From Candidatus Saccharimonadota bacterium (GTDB lineage: Bacteria > Bacteroidota > Bacteroidia > Flavobacteriales > Blattabacteriaceae), in contig CP100318.1 in the NCBI GenBank assembly GCA_029851085.1, forward strand, positions 150,001 through 182,000: a stretch of DNA of 32,000 nucleotides, read 5' to 3'. Below the pieces are notes generated by a model, which did no database searches, had not been told where the DNA came from, and saw only the letters and a program-made list of their open reading frames with translations. Shown here in pieces: positions 8,840-17,669 of this stretch. The position numbers were made by a program, and so were the translations under genes. The stretch's first letter is position 1. The number at the start of each line of letters is the position of its first letter.

Positions 8840-10552
8840 ATAATATCTTTGTGTTAAAGGTAATTTATCGGATGGATTAGATAATATTTTTTCATTATTT
8901 ATAGATACTATATGAGATTTAGGATCTATTTCTATTATTGGTATTTCATTATTTAATATAAGATCTTTTTTAGAAATATTTCTACAATTTTTAACTGATT
9001 TAATTTGTTTTTTTACATTTAAATTAAAAATATTACCATTTTCTATAGAAATTTTTGATACAAAAATAGCATTTAATTCAGGATTATTATATCCAAACAT
9101 AGTACGATACATAAATGGTTGGGTAGTAGAAATTGCAGCATTAGGATCTCCTATAATTGCATATGTAATCATACCACTTTTTAATACCAACTCAGGTTTA
9201 GTTCCAAAAAATGATGGTTTCCATATAACTAAATCAGCAATTTTTCCTACTTCAATTGATCCTACATAATCAGATATACCATGTGTAATGGCAGGATTTA
9301 TTGTATATTTTGCTATATAACGTTTTACTCTAAAATTATCATCATCAGATATATTATCATCATTATTATTTTTTTTTAATATTCCATATTCTTTTTTCAT
9401 TTTATCTGCTGTTTGCCATGTACGTCTTATAACTTCTCCAATTCTTCCCATAGCTTGAGCATCTGAATTAATAATACTAATAGCACCTAAATCATGTAAC
9501 ACACCCTCAGCTCTTATAGTATTATTTCTAATACGTGATTTTGCAAAAGCAATATCTTCATCAATTTTATTATCTAAATGATGACACATCATTAGCATAT
9601 CAAAATGTTCTTCTATAGTATTTATAGTATAAGGTAGAGTAGGAGTAGTTGATGATGGTAAAACATTATTATTGGAAATTATTTTAAGTATATCTGGAGA
9701 ATGTCCACCTCCTGCTCCTTCTACATGATATGCATGAATAGTTCTATTATTAATAGATTTTATGGTATCTTCTATATATCCAGATTCATTTAATGTATCT
9801 GTATGAATATTAATTTGTATATCAAATTCTTCAGCTATATTTAAACATTTATCAATAACATTAGGAGTACTTCCCCAATCTTCATGAATTTTTAATGCAC
9901 CGGCTCCTGCTTCTATCTGTTCTATCAAAGATTTTCTTCCTAAACTATTTCCACAACCCATAAACACAAAATTAATTGGTATATTATCTGTAGCTTTTAT
10001 CATTGATTGAATATTCCATATTCCTGAAGTACAATTAGTTGCTAAAGTTCCAGTAGTAGGACCTGATCCACCACCTATAATAGTAGTAGTTCCATTTTCA
10101 AGTGCAATATTAAAAATTTCAGGACATATATAATGTACATGACTATCTACACATCCAGCAGTCACTATTTGATTTTCAGCCGATATAATTTCTGTTCCTA
10201 CTCCAATAAACATACCTGGTGTCACTCCTTCCATTACCATAGGATTTCCAGCTTTACCAATTCCAGTTATTAAACCATCTTTAATACTAATATCAGCTTT
10301 AATAATTCCCCAAGTATCTATAATTATAGCATTTGTTATTACTAAATCAGCTACTCCTTCATTTCGACTAGCCACAGGATGTTGTCCCATTCCACAACGA
10401 ATAACTTTTCCACTACCAAACATACATTCTTCTCCATATGTAGTATAATCTTTTTCAATTTTTATCCATAAAGAAGTATCACCTAAACGTATTTTATCTC
10501 CTACTGTAGGACCATACATACTGGCGTATATTTGTCGATTAATTTTTTTCAT
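8831..10552 (-). CDS. ureC: Urease subunit alpha
   Basis: 573-aa [28 protein letters not shown]-terminus. Nickel-site motifs [22 protein letters not shown] and MMCHHLD, plus the flap region. The convergent 9-nt overlap with murF is at 8831-8839. Confidence 0.97.
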   Translation of the reverse strand: MKKINRQIYASMYGPTVGDKIRLGDTSLWIKIEKDYTTYGEECMFGSGKVIRCGMGQHPVASRNEGVADLVITNAIIIDTWGIIKADISIKDGLITGIGKAGNPMVMEGVTPGMFIGVGTEIISAENQIVTAGCVDSHVHYICPEIFNIALENGTTTIIGGGSGPTTGTLATNCTSGIWNIQSMIKATDNIPINFVFMGCGNSLGRKSLIEQIEAGAGALKIHEDWGSTPNVIDKCLNIAEEFDIQINIHTDTLNESGYIEDTIKSINNRTIHAYHVEGAGGGHSPDILKIISNNNVLPSSTTPTLPYTINTIEEHFDMLMMCHHLDNKIDEDIAFAKSRIRNNTIRAEGVLHDLGAISIINSDAQAMGRIGEVIRRTWQTADKMKKEYGILKKNNNDDNISDDDNFRVKRYIAKYTINPAITHGISDYVGSIEVGKIADLVIWKPSFFGTKPELVLKSGMITYAIIGDPNAAISTTQPFMYRTMFGYNNPELNAIFVSKISIENGNIFNLNVKKQIKSVKNCRNISKKDLILNNEIPIIEIDPKSHIVSINNEKILSNPSDKLPLTQRYYLF

Positions 10553-11147
10553 TATTTATTGTATTGTTTTTATATATTTCTATTAATGTAACTTCTTTAG
10601 TTTCACCAGGTTCTAAACGTATAGATTTACCAGAAGGTATATATAAACGATAATTATTTGTTCCTTCACGATTAAATTTAATTGCTGAATTAACTTCATA
10701 AAAATTAAAATGTGATCCTATTTGAATAGGTCGTGTTCCAGTATTTGTAATTTTTCTAAAAATTTTTTGTCTATTTGATAAATAGATTATTTCATTTTTA
10801 GAATGTAAATATTCTCCAGGTATAATATCATAATATTTTATAGATTGTATAGGATTACGTATAGTAACTAATTTTGTTCCATCAGGAAATGTTGCTTCTA
10901 CTTGTACTTTATCAATCATTTCTGGAACACCATCCATTACTTTATCATAAGTTAAAATTTGTTTAGATTCTTTAATAATATTTTCAATAGTTTTTTTTCC
11001 CTCTCGTGCACATTCCAAAACATAACATGTAATTAATGCTATAGATTCTGGATAATTTAGTTTAATTCCTCTATTTAAACGTTTTTTAGCTAATTCTCCT
11101 GCTAAAAAAATAAAAAGTTTTTCTTTTTCACAAAAAGTTAAATGCAT
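10539..11147 (-). CDS. ureAB: Urease gamma/beta fusion subunit
   Basis: 202-aa ORF. Residues 1-100 ([56 protein letters not shown]) are UreA-like. The remainder ([46 protein letters not shown]) is UreB-like. It overlaps the ureC start by 14 nt. Confidence 0.93.
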   Translation of the reverse strand: MHLTFCEKEKLFIFLAGELAKKRLNRGIKLNYPESIALITCYVLECAREGKKTIENIIKESKQILTYDKVMDGVPEMIDKVQVEATFPDGTKLVTIRNPIQSIKYYDIIPGEYLHSKNEIIYLSNRQKIFRKITNTGTRPIQIGSHFNFYEVNSAIKFNREGTNNYRLYIPSGKSIRLEPGETKEVTLIEIYKNNTINNEKN

Positions 11148-11169
11148 AAATTTAATTCATAAATTTTTT

Positions 11170-11192
11170 TTTACGTATAATCTATACGTAAA
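11170..11192. promoter_or_regulatory. Perfect 10-bp inverted repeat TTTACGTATA-atc-TATACGTAAA upstream of ureAB (candidate operator or 5'-UTR hairpin)
   Basis: Read directly: 11170-11179 is the reverse complement of 11183-11192. It lies 23-45 nt upstream of the ureAB ATG (11147, - strand). The function is inferred only. Confidence 0.3.
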
Positions 11193-11305
11193 TATTTTTA
11201 TAAACAATTTAAATATAAATATTTTTTTTATTCTATACGTAAATTTTATATTATTATTTTTTTTATATAAATATTTTTTTTATTTTTAGATATCTATACG
11301 TTAAT
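11181..11305. repeat. Three direct TCTATACGTWAAT boxes (11181, 11232, 11293) in the urease-proximal part of the spacer
   Basis: TCTATACGTAAAT at 11181-11193 and 11232-11244; TCTATACGTTAAT at 11293-11305. Boxes 2 and 3 share 18 of 19 nt (TCTATACGTWAATTTTATA). The spacings are 51 and 61 bp. Confidence 0.6.
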
Positions 11306-11360
11306 TTTATAAACGTTTATTAACGCGGGGTTAACGTTTCGCGGGGTAATTAATAATATA

Positions 11361-11821
11361 TAGCGAACGCGGGGTAATAAATATTATTTTAATAATTATA
11401 TATAATAATTATAATTATATATATTAATTATATATATTAATTATATATAATAATTATAATTATATATATATTAATAATATATAGCGAACGCGGGGTAATA
11501 AATATATAATAATTATATATAATTATTATAATTAATAATATATAGCGAACGCGGGGTAATAAATATTTAATAATTATATATATATATTATATATTAATAA
11601 TATATAGCGAACGCGGGGTAATAAATATTTAATAATTATATATATATATTATATATTAATAATATATAGCGAACGCGGGGTAATAAATATTTAATAATTA
11701 TATATATATATTATATATTAATAATATATAGCGAACGCGGGGTAATAAATATTTAATAATTATATATAATAATTATAATTATATATATTAATTATATATA
11801 ATAATTATAATTAATAATATA
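11361..11821. repeat. Tandem array, G-type subfamily: 6 units ending ..TATATAGCGAACGCGGGGT (unit lengths 121, 61, 62, 62, 62, 93 bp)
   Basis: GCGAACGCGGGG starts at 11363, 11484, 11545, 11607, 11669 and 11731. The three 62-bp units (11545-11730) are identical. The longer units carry extra A/T-only inserts built from TAATTATATATA-like sub-repeats. Confidence 0.9.
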
Positions 11822-12470
11822 TAGCGAACGCGTGGTAATAAATATAATTTATTTTAATAAATATTATAATTAATAATATATAGCGAACGCGTGGTAATAA
11901 ATATAATTTATTTTAATAAATATTATATATATTAATATATAGCGAACGCGTGGTAATAAATATAATTTATTTTAATAAATATTATATATATTAATATATA
12001 GCGAACGCGTGGTAATAAATATAATTTATTTTAATAAATATTATATATATTAATATATAGCGAACGCGTGGTAATAAATATAATTTATTTTAATAAATAT
12101 TATATATATTAATATATAGCGAACGCGTGGTAATAAATATAATTTATTTTAATAAATATTATATATATTAATATATAGCGAACGCGTGGTAATAAATATA
12201 ATTTATTTTAATAAATATTATATATATTAATATATAGCGAACGCGTGGTAATAAATATAATTTATTTTAATAAATATTATATATATTAATATATAGCGAA
12301 CGCGTGGTAATAAATATAATTTATTTTAATAAATATTATATATATTAATATATAGCGAACGCGTGGTAATAAATATAATTTATTTTAATAAATATTATAT
12401 ATATTAATATATAGCGAACGCGTGGTAATAAATATAATTTATTTTAATAAATATTATATATATTAATATA
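11822..12470. repeat. Tandem array, T-type subfamily: 11 units of 59 bp (TAGCGAACGCGTGGTAATAAATATAATTTATTTTAATAAATATTATATATATTAATATA)
   Basis: TAGCGAACGCGTGG starts at 11822 and then every 59 bp up to 12412. The printed 60-nt lines shift by exactly one base per line. Ten units are 100% identical; the first differs only in its A/T tail. The next period (12471) is the genuine tRNA-fMet 5' region. Confidence 0.95.
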
Positions 12471-12477
12471 TAGCGAA

Positions 12478-12549
12478 CGCGGGGTGGAGCAGTGGTAGCT
12501 CATCGGGCTCATAACCCGAAGGTCACAGGTTCGAATCCTGTCCCCGCTA
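12478..12549 (+). tRNA. Initiator tRNA-fMet (CAU)
   Basis: CGCGGGG-TG-GAGC-AGTGGTA-GCTC-A-TCGGG-CTCATAA-CCCGA-AGGTC-ACAGG-TTCGAAT-CCTGT-CCCCGCT-A. It has the initiator hallmarks: a C1 x U72 mismatch at the top of the acceptor stem, and three consecutive G:C pairs (GGG/CCC) closing the anticodon stem. It is nearly collinear with E. coli tRNA-fMet. No CCA is encoded. Confidence 0.93.
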
Positions 12550-12571
12550 CTAATTTAAGTTATTAGTTATT

Positions 12572-12901
12572 ATGATTAATGTATCTGATTCAGCTAAAAA
12601 TCAATTAATTAATATAATGAAAAAAGAAGGGTTATCTACTAATAAATATTTTGTTCGTTTATCAATTACAAATAAAGGATGTTCAGATTTTTCTTATGAT
12701 TTATCATTTGATGAAATAAAAAAAAAAGATGATAATTTATTTGAAAATAATGGAATTAAATTTATTGTTGAAAAAAAATATATATCATATTTAGATAATT
12801 TAATATTAGAATATAATGGTGGATTAAATGGAAAAGGATTTATTTTTAAAAATCCTAATGCTCAACATACTTGTGGATGTGGTAAAAGTTTTTCTATATA
12901 A
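12572..12901 (+). CDS. sufA: Iron-sulfur cluster insertion/A-type carrier protein (IscA/SufA/ErpA family)
   Basis: 109-aa ORF with conserved Cys at ..NKGCSDF.. and the C-terminal CGCGKSF motif. It sits directly upstream of sufBCDS. Confidence 0.87.
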   Translation: MINVSDSAKNQLINIMKKEGLSTNKYFVRLSITNKGCSDFSYDLSFDEIKKKDDNLFENNGIKFIVEKKYISYLDNLILEYNGGLNGKGFIFKNPNAQHTCGCGKSFSI

Positions 12902-12927
12902 CAAAAAAAGTTTTTCTATATAACAAA
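12884..12927. repeat. Perfect 22-bp tandem duplication (AAAAGTTTTTCTATATAACAAA x2) covering the sufA stop codon
   Basis: 12884-12905 is identical to 12906-12927. The first copy encodes the last sufA codons (..K S F S I stop). The second copy fills most of the sufA-sufB spacer. Confidence 0.85.
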
Positions 12928-12929
12928 AT

Positions 12930-14364
12930 ATGAATGAAGATAAAAGTAATAATTTAATTAAAAAAATTACTGATTCTGAATATAAATATGGTTTTTATAC
13001 TAATATTGAATCATATAAATTTCCAAAAGGACTTAATAAAAAAATTATTTCAGATATATCTAAAAAAAATAATGAACCAAATTGGATATTAAATTGGCGA
13101 TTAGAATCATATGATATATGGAAAAAAATGCATTGTCCTAAATGGGCTAATATAAAATATATTGAACCAGATTTTCAAGATATAATTTATTACTCATCTC
13201 CCAAAAAAAAAAAAAAATAATATAGATCCTATATTACTTGATACATTTAACAAATTAGGAATTTCATTAGAAGAACAAAAACATCTTTCAGGTGTTGCTA
13301 TAGATGCTGTAATGGATTCAGTTTCAATAACTACTACATTTAAAAAAAGGTTATCTGAAATGGGTATTATTTTTTGTCCTATTAGTGAAGCTATACAAAA
13401 ATATTCTAATTTAATTAAAAAATATTTAGGAACAGTAGTTCCACAAAATGATAATTTTTATGCAGCATTAAATTCTGCAGTTTTTTCAGATGGATCTTTT
13501 TGTTATATACCTAAAGGTATACGTTGTCCTATTGAACTTTCTACTTATTTCCGTATTAATGAAAGTGGAACTGGTCAATTTGAACGAACTTTAATTATTG
13601 CAGATAAAAATTCTTATGTAAGTTATTTAGAAGGGTGTACCGCCCCTCGTAGAGATGAAAATCAATTACATGCAGCTGTAGTTGAATTAATTGCTTTAGA
13701 AAATTCTGAAATAAAATATTCTACAGTTCAAAATTGGTTCCCAGGCAATAAAGATGGTAAAGGAGGTGTATTTAATTTTGTAACAAAACGTGGTTTATGT
13801 GAAAAAAATGCTAAAATATCTTGGACACAAGTAGAAACAGGATCATCTATAACTTGGAAATATCCTTCATGTATATTAAAAGGAGATTATTCAGTAGGAG
13901 AATTTTATTCAGTAGCACTAACTAAAAATTTTCAACAAGCAGACACTGGTACAAAAATGATTCATATTGGTAATAATAGCAAAAGTACTATTATTTCTAA
14001 AGGAATATCTTCTGATAAAGCTCAAAATAGTTATAGAGGATTAGTAAAAATATCGGCTAATGCAAATAATGCACGAAATTTTTCTCAATGTGATTCATTA
14101 CTTCTTAGTAATGAATGTGGTGCTCATACTTTTCCATATATTGACGTTAATAATTCTTCAGCACTAGTAGAACATGAAGCAACTACTTCTAAAATTGAAA
14201 AAGATCAAATATTTTATTGTAATCAAAGAGGTATTAATTTAGAAAAAGCTATATCACTTATAGTAAATGGTTTTAGTAATGAAGTTTTAAATAAACTTCC
14301 TATGGAATTTGCTATAGAAGCAAGAAAATTATTAGAAATTTCTTTAGAAAATTCTGTAGGTTAA
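12930..14364 (+). pseudogene. sufB: Fe-S cluster assembly scaffold SufB, interrupted by a frameshift in an A15 tract (13203-13217)
   Basis: ORF 12930-13220 is the SufB N-terminus and ends ..[10 protein letters not shown]-stop. The +1 frame is open from 13186 and reads ..[48 protein letters not shown].. into ORF 13312-14364, the SufB core ([32 protein letters not shown]). Loss of one A (A14) yields a continuous ..[15 protein letters not shown].. protein. Confidence 0.9.
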
Positions 14365-14401
14365 TATTTTTTTAGTATTTTTAATACTAAAGTTTATTAG
14401 T

Positions 14402-15154
14402 GTGTTAATAATAAATGATTTACATGTTTTAGTAGGAGAAAAATATATATTACAAGGAATTAATTTAATTATTAATCCCGGTGAAATACATATTATTATG
14501 GGTCCTAATGGATCAGGAAAAAGTACACTTGCTTATATAATTGCTGGAAAAAATGATTATAAAATTATTAAAGGATCCATATCTTTTGAAGGACATAATA
14601 TATTAAAAATGTCTCCTGAAGAACGTGCATATTTAGGAATATTTCTTTCATTTCAATATCCAGTAGAGATACCAGGTGTATCACTTTATAATTTTATAAA
14701 AACAGCTATTAATGCTTTATATAAAGCCCGTAATTTAAATCAAATTTCTACATCTGAAATTTTAAAAAAAATACATAAAACAGCTAATGATTTAGGTTTA
14801 GATAAAGATCTTCTTAAACGTTCTGTTAATGAAGGTTTTTCTGGAGGGGAAAAAAAACGCAATGAAATATTTCAAATGACTATGCTTGAGCCTAAATTAG
14901 CTATACTTGACGAAACTGATTCAGGTTTAGATATTGATGCAATTAATATTATTTATAAAGGAGTAAATAATTTAATTAAAAAAAATAATTCAGTATTAAT
15001 TATTACTCATTATCAAAGATTATTAGAATATATTACACCAAATTATGTACATATTTTATATAAAGGTAAAATTATAAAATCGGGAAATAAAAATTTAGCA
15101 TTAGAAATTGAAAAAAAAGGTTTTAATTGGTTTTTCAAAAATAAAATCCAATGA
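14402..15154 (+). CDS. sufC: Fe-S cluster assembly ATPase SufC
   Basis: 250-aa ORF with a GTG start. Walker A GPNGSGKST, ABC signature FSGGEKKRNE, Walker B LAILDETDSGLD. Confidence 0.95.
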   Translation: MLIINDLHVLVGEKYILQGINLIINPGEIHIIMGPNGSGKSTLAYIIAGKNDYKIIKGSISFEGHNILKMSPEERAYLGIFLSFQYPVEIPGVSLYNFIKTAINALYKARNLNQISTSEILKKIHKTANDLGLDKDLLKRSVNEGFSGGEKKRNEIFQMTMLEPKLAILDETDSGLDIDAINIIYKGVNNLIKKNNSVLIITHYQRLLEYITPNYVHILYKGKIIKSGNKNLALEIEKKGFNWFFKNKIQ

Positions 15155-16437
15155 AAAATTTTAAAGAAAAAATTATTTATACATTTTTAATGTATAAAAA
15201 AAAAAATATTTTTAATTCAGAAGATGAATATATAAAAAATATGCGTAATGAATCAATAAATATGATTAACAAAAATCATTTATTGAATGAAGAAGAATGC
15301 AAAGATTTATTTGAAAAATATAAATTATCTTTTAATAAGAATCATAATAAATCATTTATAACGTATAAAATATTAAAAAATTATTTATTAAAAATAAATG
15401 GTTTTCGTATAGTTTTTATTAATGGAGTTTATAATAAAAAATATTCATATATTAATGAATATATAGATATATTATCTAATTATTTTTATTTAAATAAAAA
15501 TAATAATTTTAAAAAATTTTACAATAAATTAATAAATAAAAATAATATATATAATATACTTAATACTGCTTTTATTCAAGAAGGCATATATATTAATATT
15601 CCTAATAATTTTATTATAAATGAACCTATACATATAATATATTTTTCATATTATGAACATAATAATATTATATTTAATACTAGAAATTTAATTGTTGTAG
15701 GGGAAAATTCTAATGTTAATATAATAGAACAATATCAATCATTAAATGATAATTCAATTATTAATAATTCATTAACAGAAGTTTATGCATTATCTAATAG
15801 TAATATAGAATATTTTAAAATACAAAATGATATTAATTCTTCATTAATTGATAATACTTTTTTTTTACAAAAAAAAAATAGCAAATGTTCAATTTATACT
15901 TTTTCTTTTAAAGGAAAATTAATTAAAAATAATTTAAATATTTCTCAAGATGGACAAGGCATTACCTCTTATTTAAGAGGTATTACAATAGGTAAATTTA
16001 AAGAATCAATATCTCATAATACATTAATAAATCATAAATATCCATTATGTGAGAGTTATGAATTATATAATAATATATTTGCAGATGAATCTAATGGTAT
16101 TTTTAATGGAAAAATATTAATTCATAAAGATGCACAAAAAGTTAATGCTTTTCAGGAAATTAATAATATTATTCTTTCTGATAAAGCACGAATTAAAGCT
16201 ATTCCTAAATTAGAAATTTTTGCAAATGATGTAAAATGTTCACATGGATGTACTATAGGACCTTTAAATAAATCAATTTTATTCTATATACGTTCAAGGG
16301 GACTTTCTGAAAAAAAAGCAAAATTATTATTAATAAATACTTTTTTTGAAGAAAATATAAAATATATTAAATTATATGATTTAAAAAATTTTATTTTATA
16401 TTTAATTAATGAAATAATTAATAGTATTAATTATTAA
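15151..16437 (+). CDS. sufD: Fe-S cluster assembly protein SufD
   Basis: 428-aa ORF between sufC and sufS, with a 4-nt ATGA overlap with sufC. The C-terminal beta-helix region is similar to SufB/SufD (..LEIFANDVKCSHGCTIGPL..LFYIRSRGLSEKKAKLLL). Confidence 0.85.
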   Translation: MKNFKEKIIYTFLMYKKKNIFNSEDEYIKNMRNESINMINKNHLLNEEECKDLFEKYKLSFNKNHNKSFITYKILKNYLLKINGFRIVFINGVYNKKYSYINEYIDILSNYFYLNKNNNFKKFYNKLINKNNIYNILNTAFIQEGIYINIPNNFIINEPIHIIYFSYYEHNNIIFNTRNLIVVGENSNVNIIEQYQSLNDNSIINNSLTEVYALSNSNIEYFKIQNDINSSLIDNTFFLQKKNSKCSIYTFSFKGKLIKNNLNISQDGQGITSYLRGITIGKFKESISHNTLINHKYPLCESYELYNNIFADESNGIFNGKILIHKDAQKVNAFQEINNIILSDKARIKAIPKLEIFANDVKCSHGCTIGPLNKSILFYIRSRGLSEKKAKLLLINTFFEENIKYIKLYDLKNFILYLINEIINSINY

Positions 16438-16442
16438 TTAAT

Positions 16443-17669
16443 ATGTTATCATCAAAAGATATTTTATATATTCGTAAAAAATTTCCTATTTTAAAAAAAA
16501 AAATTTATAATAATCCTTTAATTTATCTAGATAATGCTGCTACAACTCAAAAACCCATTCAAGTAATTAATGCAATTAAAAAATATTATACTACTATTAA
16601 TGCTAATGTTCATAGAGGAGCTCATTATCTTAGTAATATAGCAACCAATGCTATTGAAAATAGTAGATTAAAAATTAAAAATTTTATTAATGCAACATAT
16701 TCAGAAGAAATTATTTTTACACGTAATGCTACAGAAGCTATTAATTTAGTAGCATTAGGAATGTCAGAATTTTTAACACAAGGAGATGAAATTATAATTT
16801 CATATTTAGAACATCATTCTAATATTGTTCCATGGCAAATGCTTTGTCAACGTACAAAAACTTGTTTAAAAGTAATTCCAATTGATAAAGATGGTACATT
16901 ACAATGGGAAGTTTTTGAAAAACTTATTTCAGTTAAAACTAAAATTATTGCAATAACTCAAATATCTAATGTTTTAGGTGTAAATCCACCTATTAAAAAA
17001 TTTATTAAAAAAGCTCATACTTATGGTGCACTAGTATTAATTGATGGTGCACAGGCTTTATCTCACTTAATTATTGATGTGCAAAATTTGGATGCTGATT
17101 TTTATGTATTTTCTGCACATAAAATGTATGGTCCTACGGGTGTAGGAGTATTATATGGTAAAAAAAATAGTTTAGAAAAATTATTACCTTATCAAGGTGG
17201 AGGTGAAATGATTAAAACAGTAACATTTGAAAAAACTATATATGCTGATATACCATATAAATTTGAATCAGGAACACCAAATATAGAAGGTATTGTGGCT
17301 TTTTCTGCTGCAATAGATTTTATAAAAGAAATAGGTCTTAATAATATTATTATATATGAAAAAAAATTACTTGATTATACAACTTATATGTTAAGTAAAA
17401 TTAATGGAATTATTTTATATTCAAAAGATATACCTCGTATTAGCATTATATCATTTAATATATTTAATATTCATCATTTTGATATAGGTATTATTTTAGA
17501 TCGTTTAGGTATTGCTGTTCGTACAGGACATCATTGTTCTCAACCAATAATTGATTTTTTAAAAATTTTAGGTACAGTACGTGTTAGTTTATCTATATAT
17601 AATACTTTTGAAGAAATAGATAACCTTTATAAAGGAATTTTAAAAGCAAAAAAAATATTAAAACAATAA
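16443..17669 (+). CDS. sufS: Cysteine desulfurase SufS (class V aminotransferase, group II)
   Basis: 408-aa ORF. YLDNAATTQKP N-terminus, PLP-lysine motif FSAHKMYGPTGVGVLYG, active-site loop RTGHHCSQP. Confidence 0.93.
   Translation: MLSSKDILYIRKKFPILKKKIYNNPLIYLDNAATTQKPIQVINAIKKYYTTINANVHRGAHYLSNIATNAIENSRLKIKNFINATYSEEIIFTRNATEAINLVALGMSEFLTQGDEIIISYLEHHSNIVPWQMLCQRTKTCLKVIPIDKDGTLQWEVFEKLISVKTKIIAITQISNVLGVNPPIKKFIKKAHTYGALVLIDGAQALSHLIIDVQNLDADFYVFSAHKMYGPTGVGVLYGKKNSLEKLLPYQGGGEMIKTVTFEKTIYADIPYKFESGTPNIEGIVAFSAAIDFIKEIGLNNIIIYEKKLLDYTTYMLSKINGIILYSKDIPRISIISFNIFNIHHFDIGIILDRLGIAVRTGHHCSQPIIDFLKILGTVRVSLSIYNTFEEIDNLYKGILKAKKILKQ

Noticed and set aside
11361-12470. CRISPR array interpretation of the 59-62 bp periodic repeats
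   Set aside because: There are no unique spacers, because the entire period repeats identically. The conserved core is only about 12 nt of G/C in A/T filler, and no cas genes or leader are present. The units are demonstrably copies of the tRNA-fMet 5' flank.
11822-12470. DnaA-box reading of the T-type core (reverse complement TTATTACCACGC versus consensus TTATCCACA)
   Set aside because: The best ungapped match is only about 5/9, or requires a 2-nt insertion, and the G-type units match worse. It is too weak to call, so the origin idea is kept only as a testable alternative in the main finding.
11361-12477. Array units as tRNA pseudogenes or split tRNA halves
   Set aside because: Each unit contains only tRNA nt 1-8 followed by A/T sequence. 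No D-arm, anticodon arm, T-arm or cloverleaf can be drawn.
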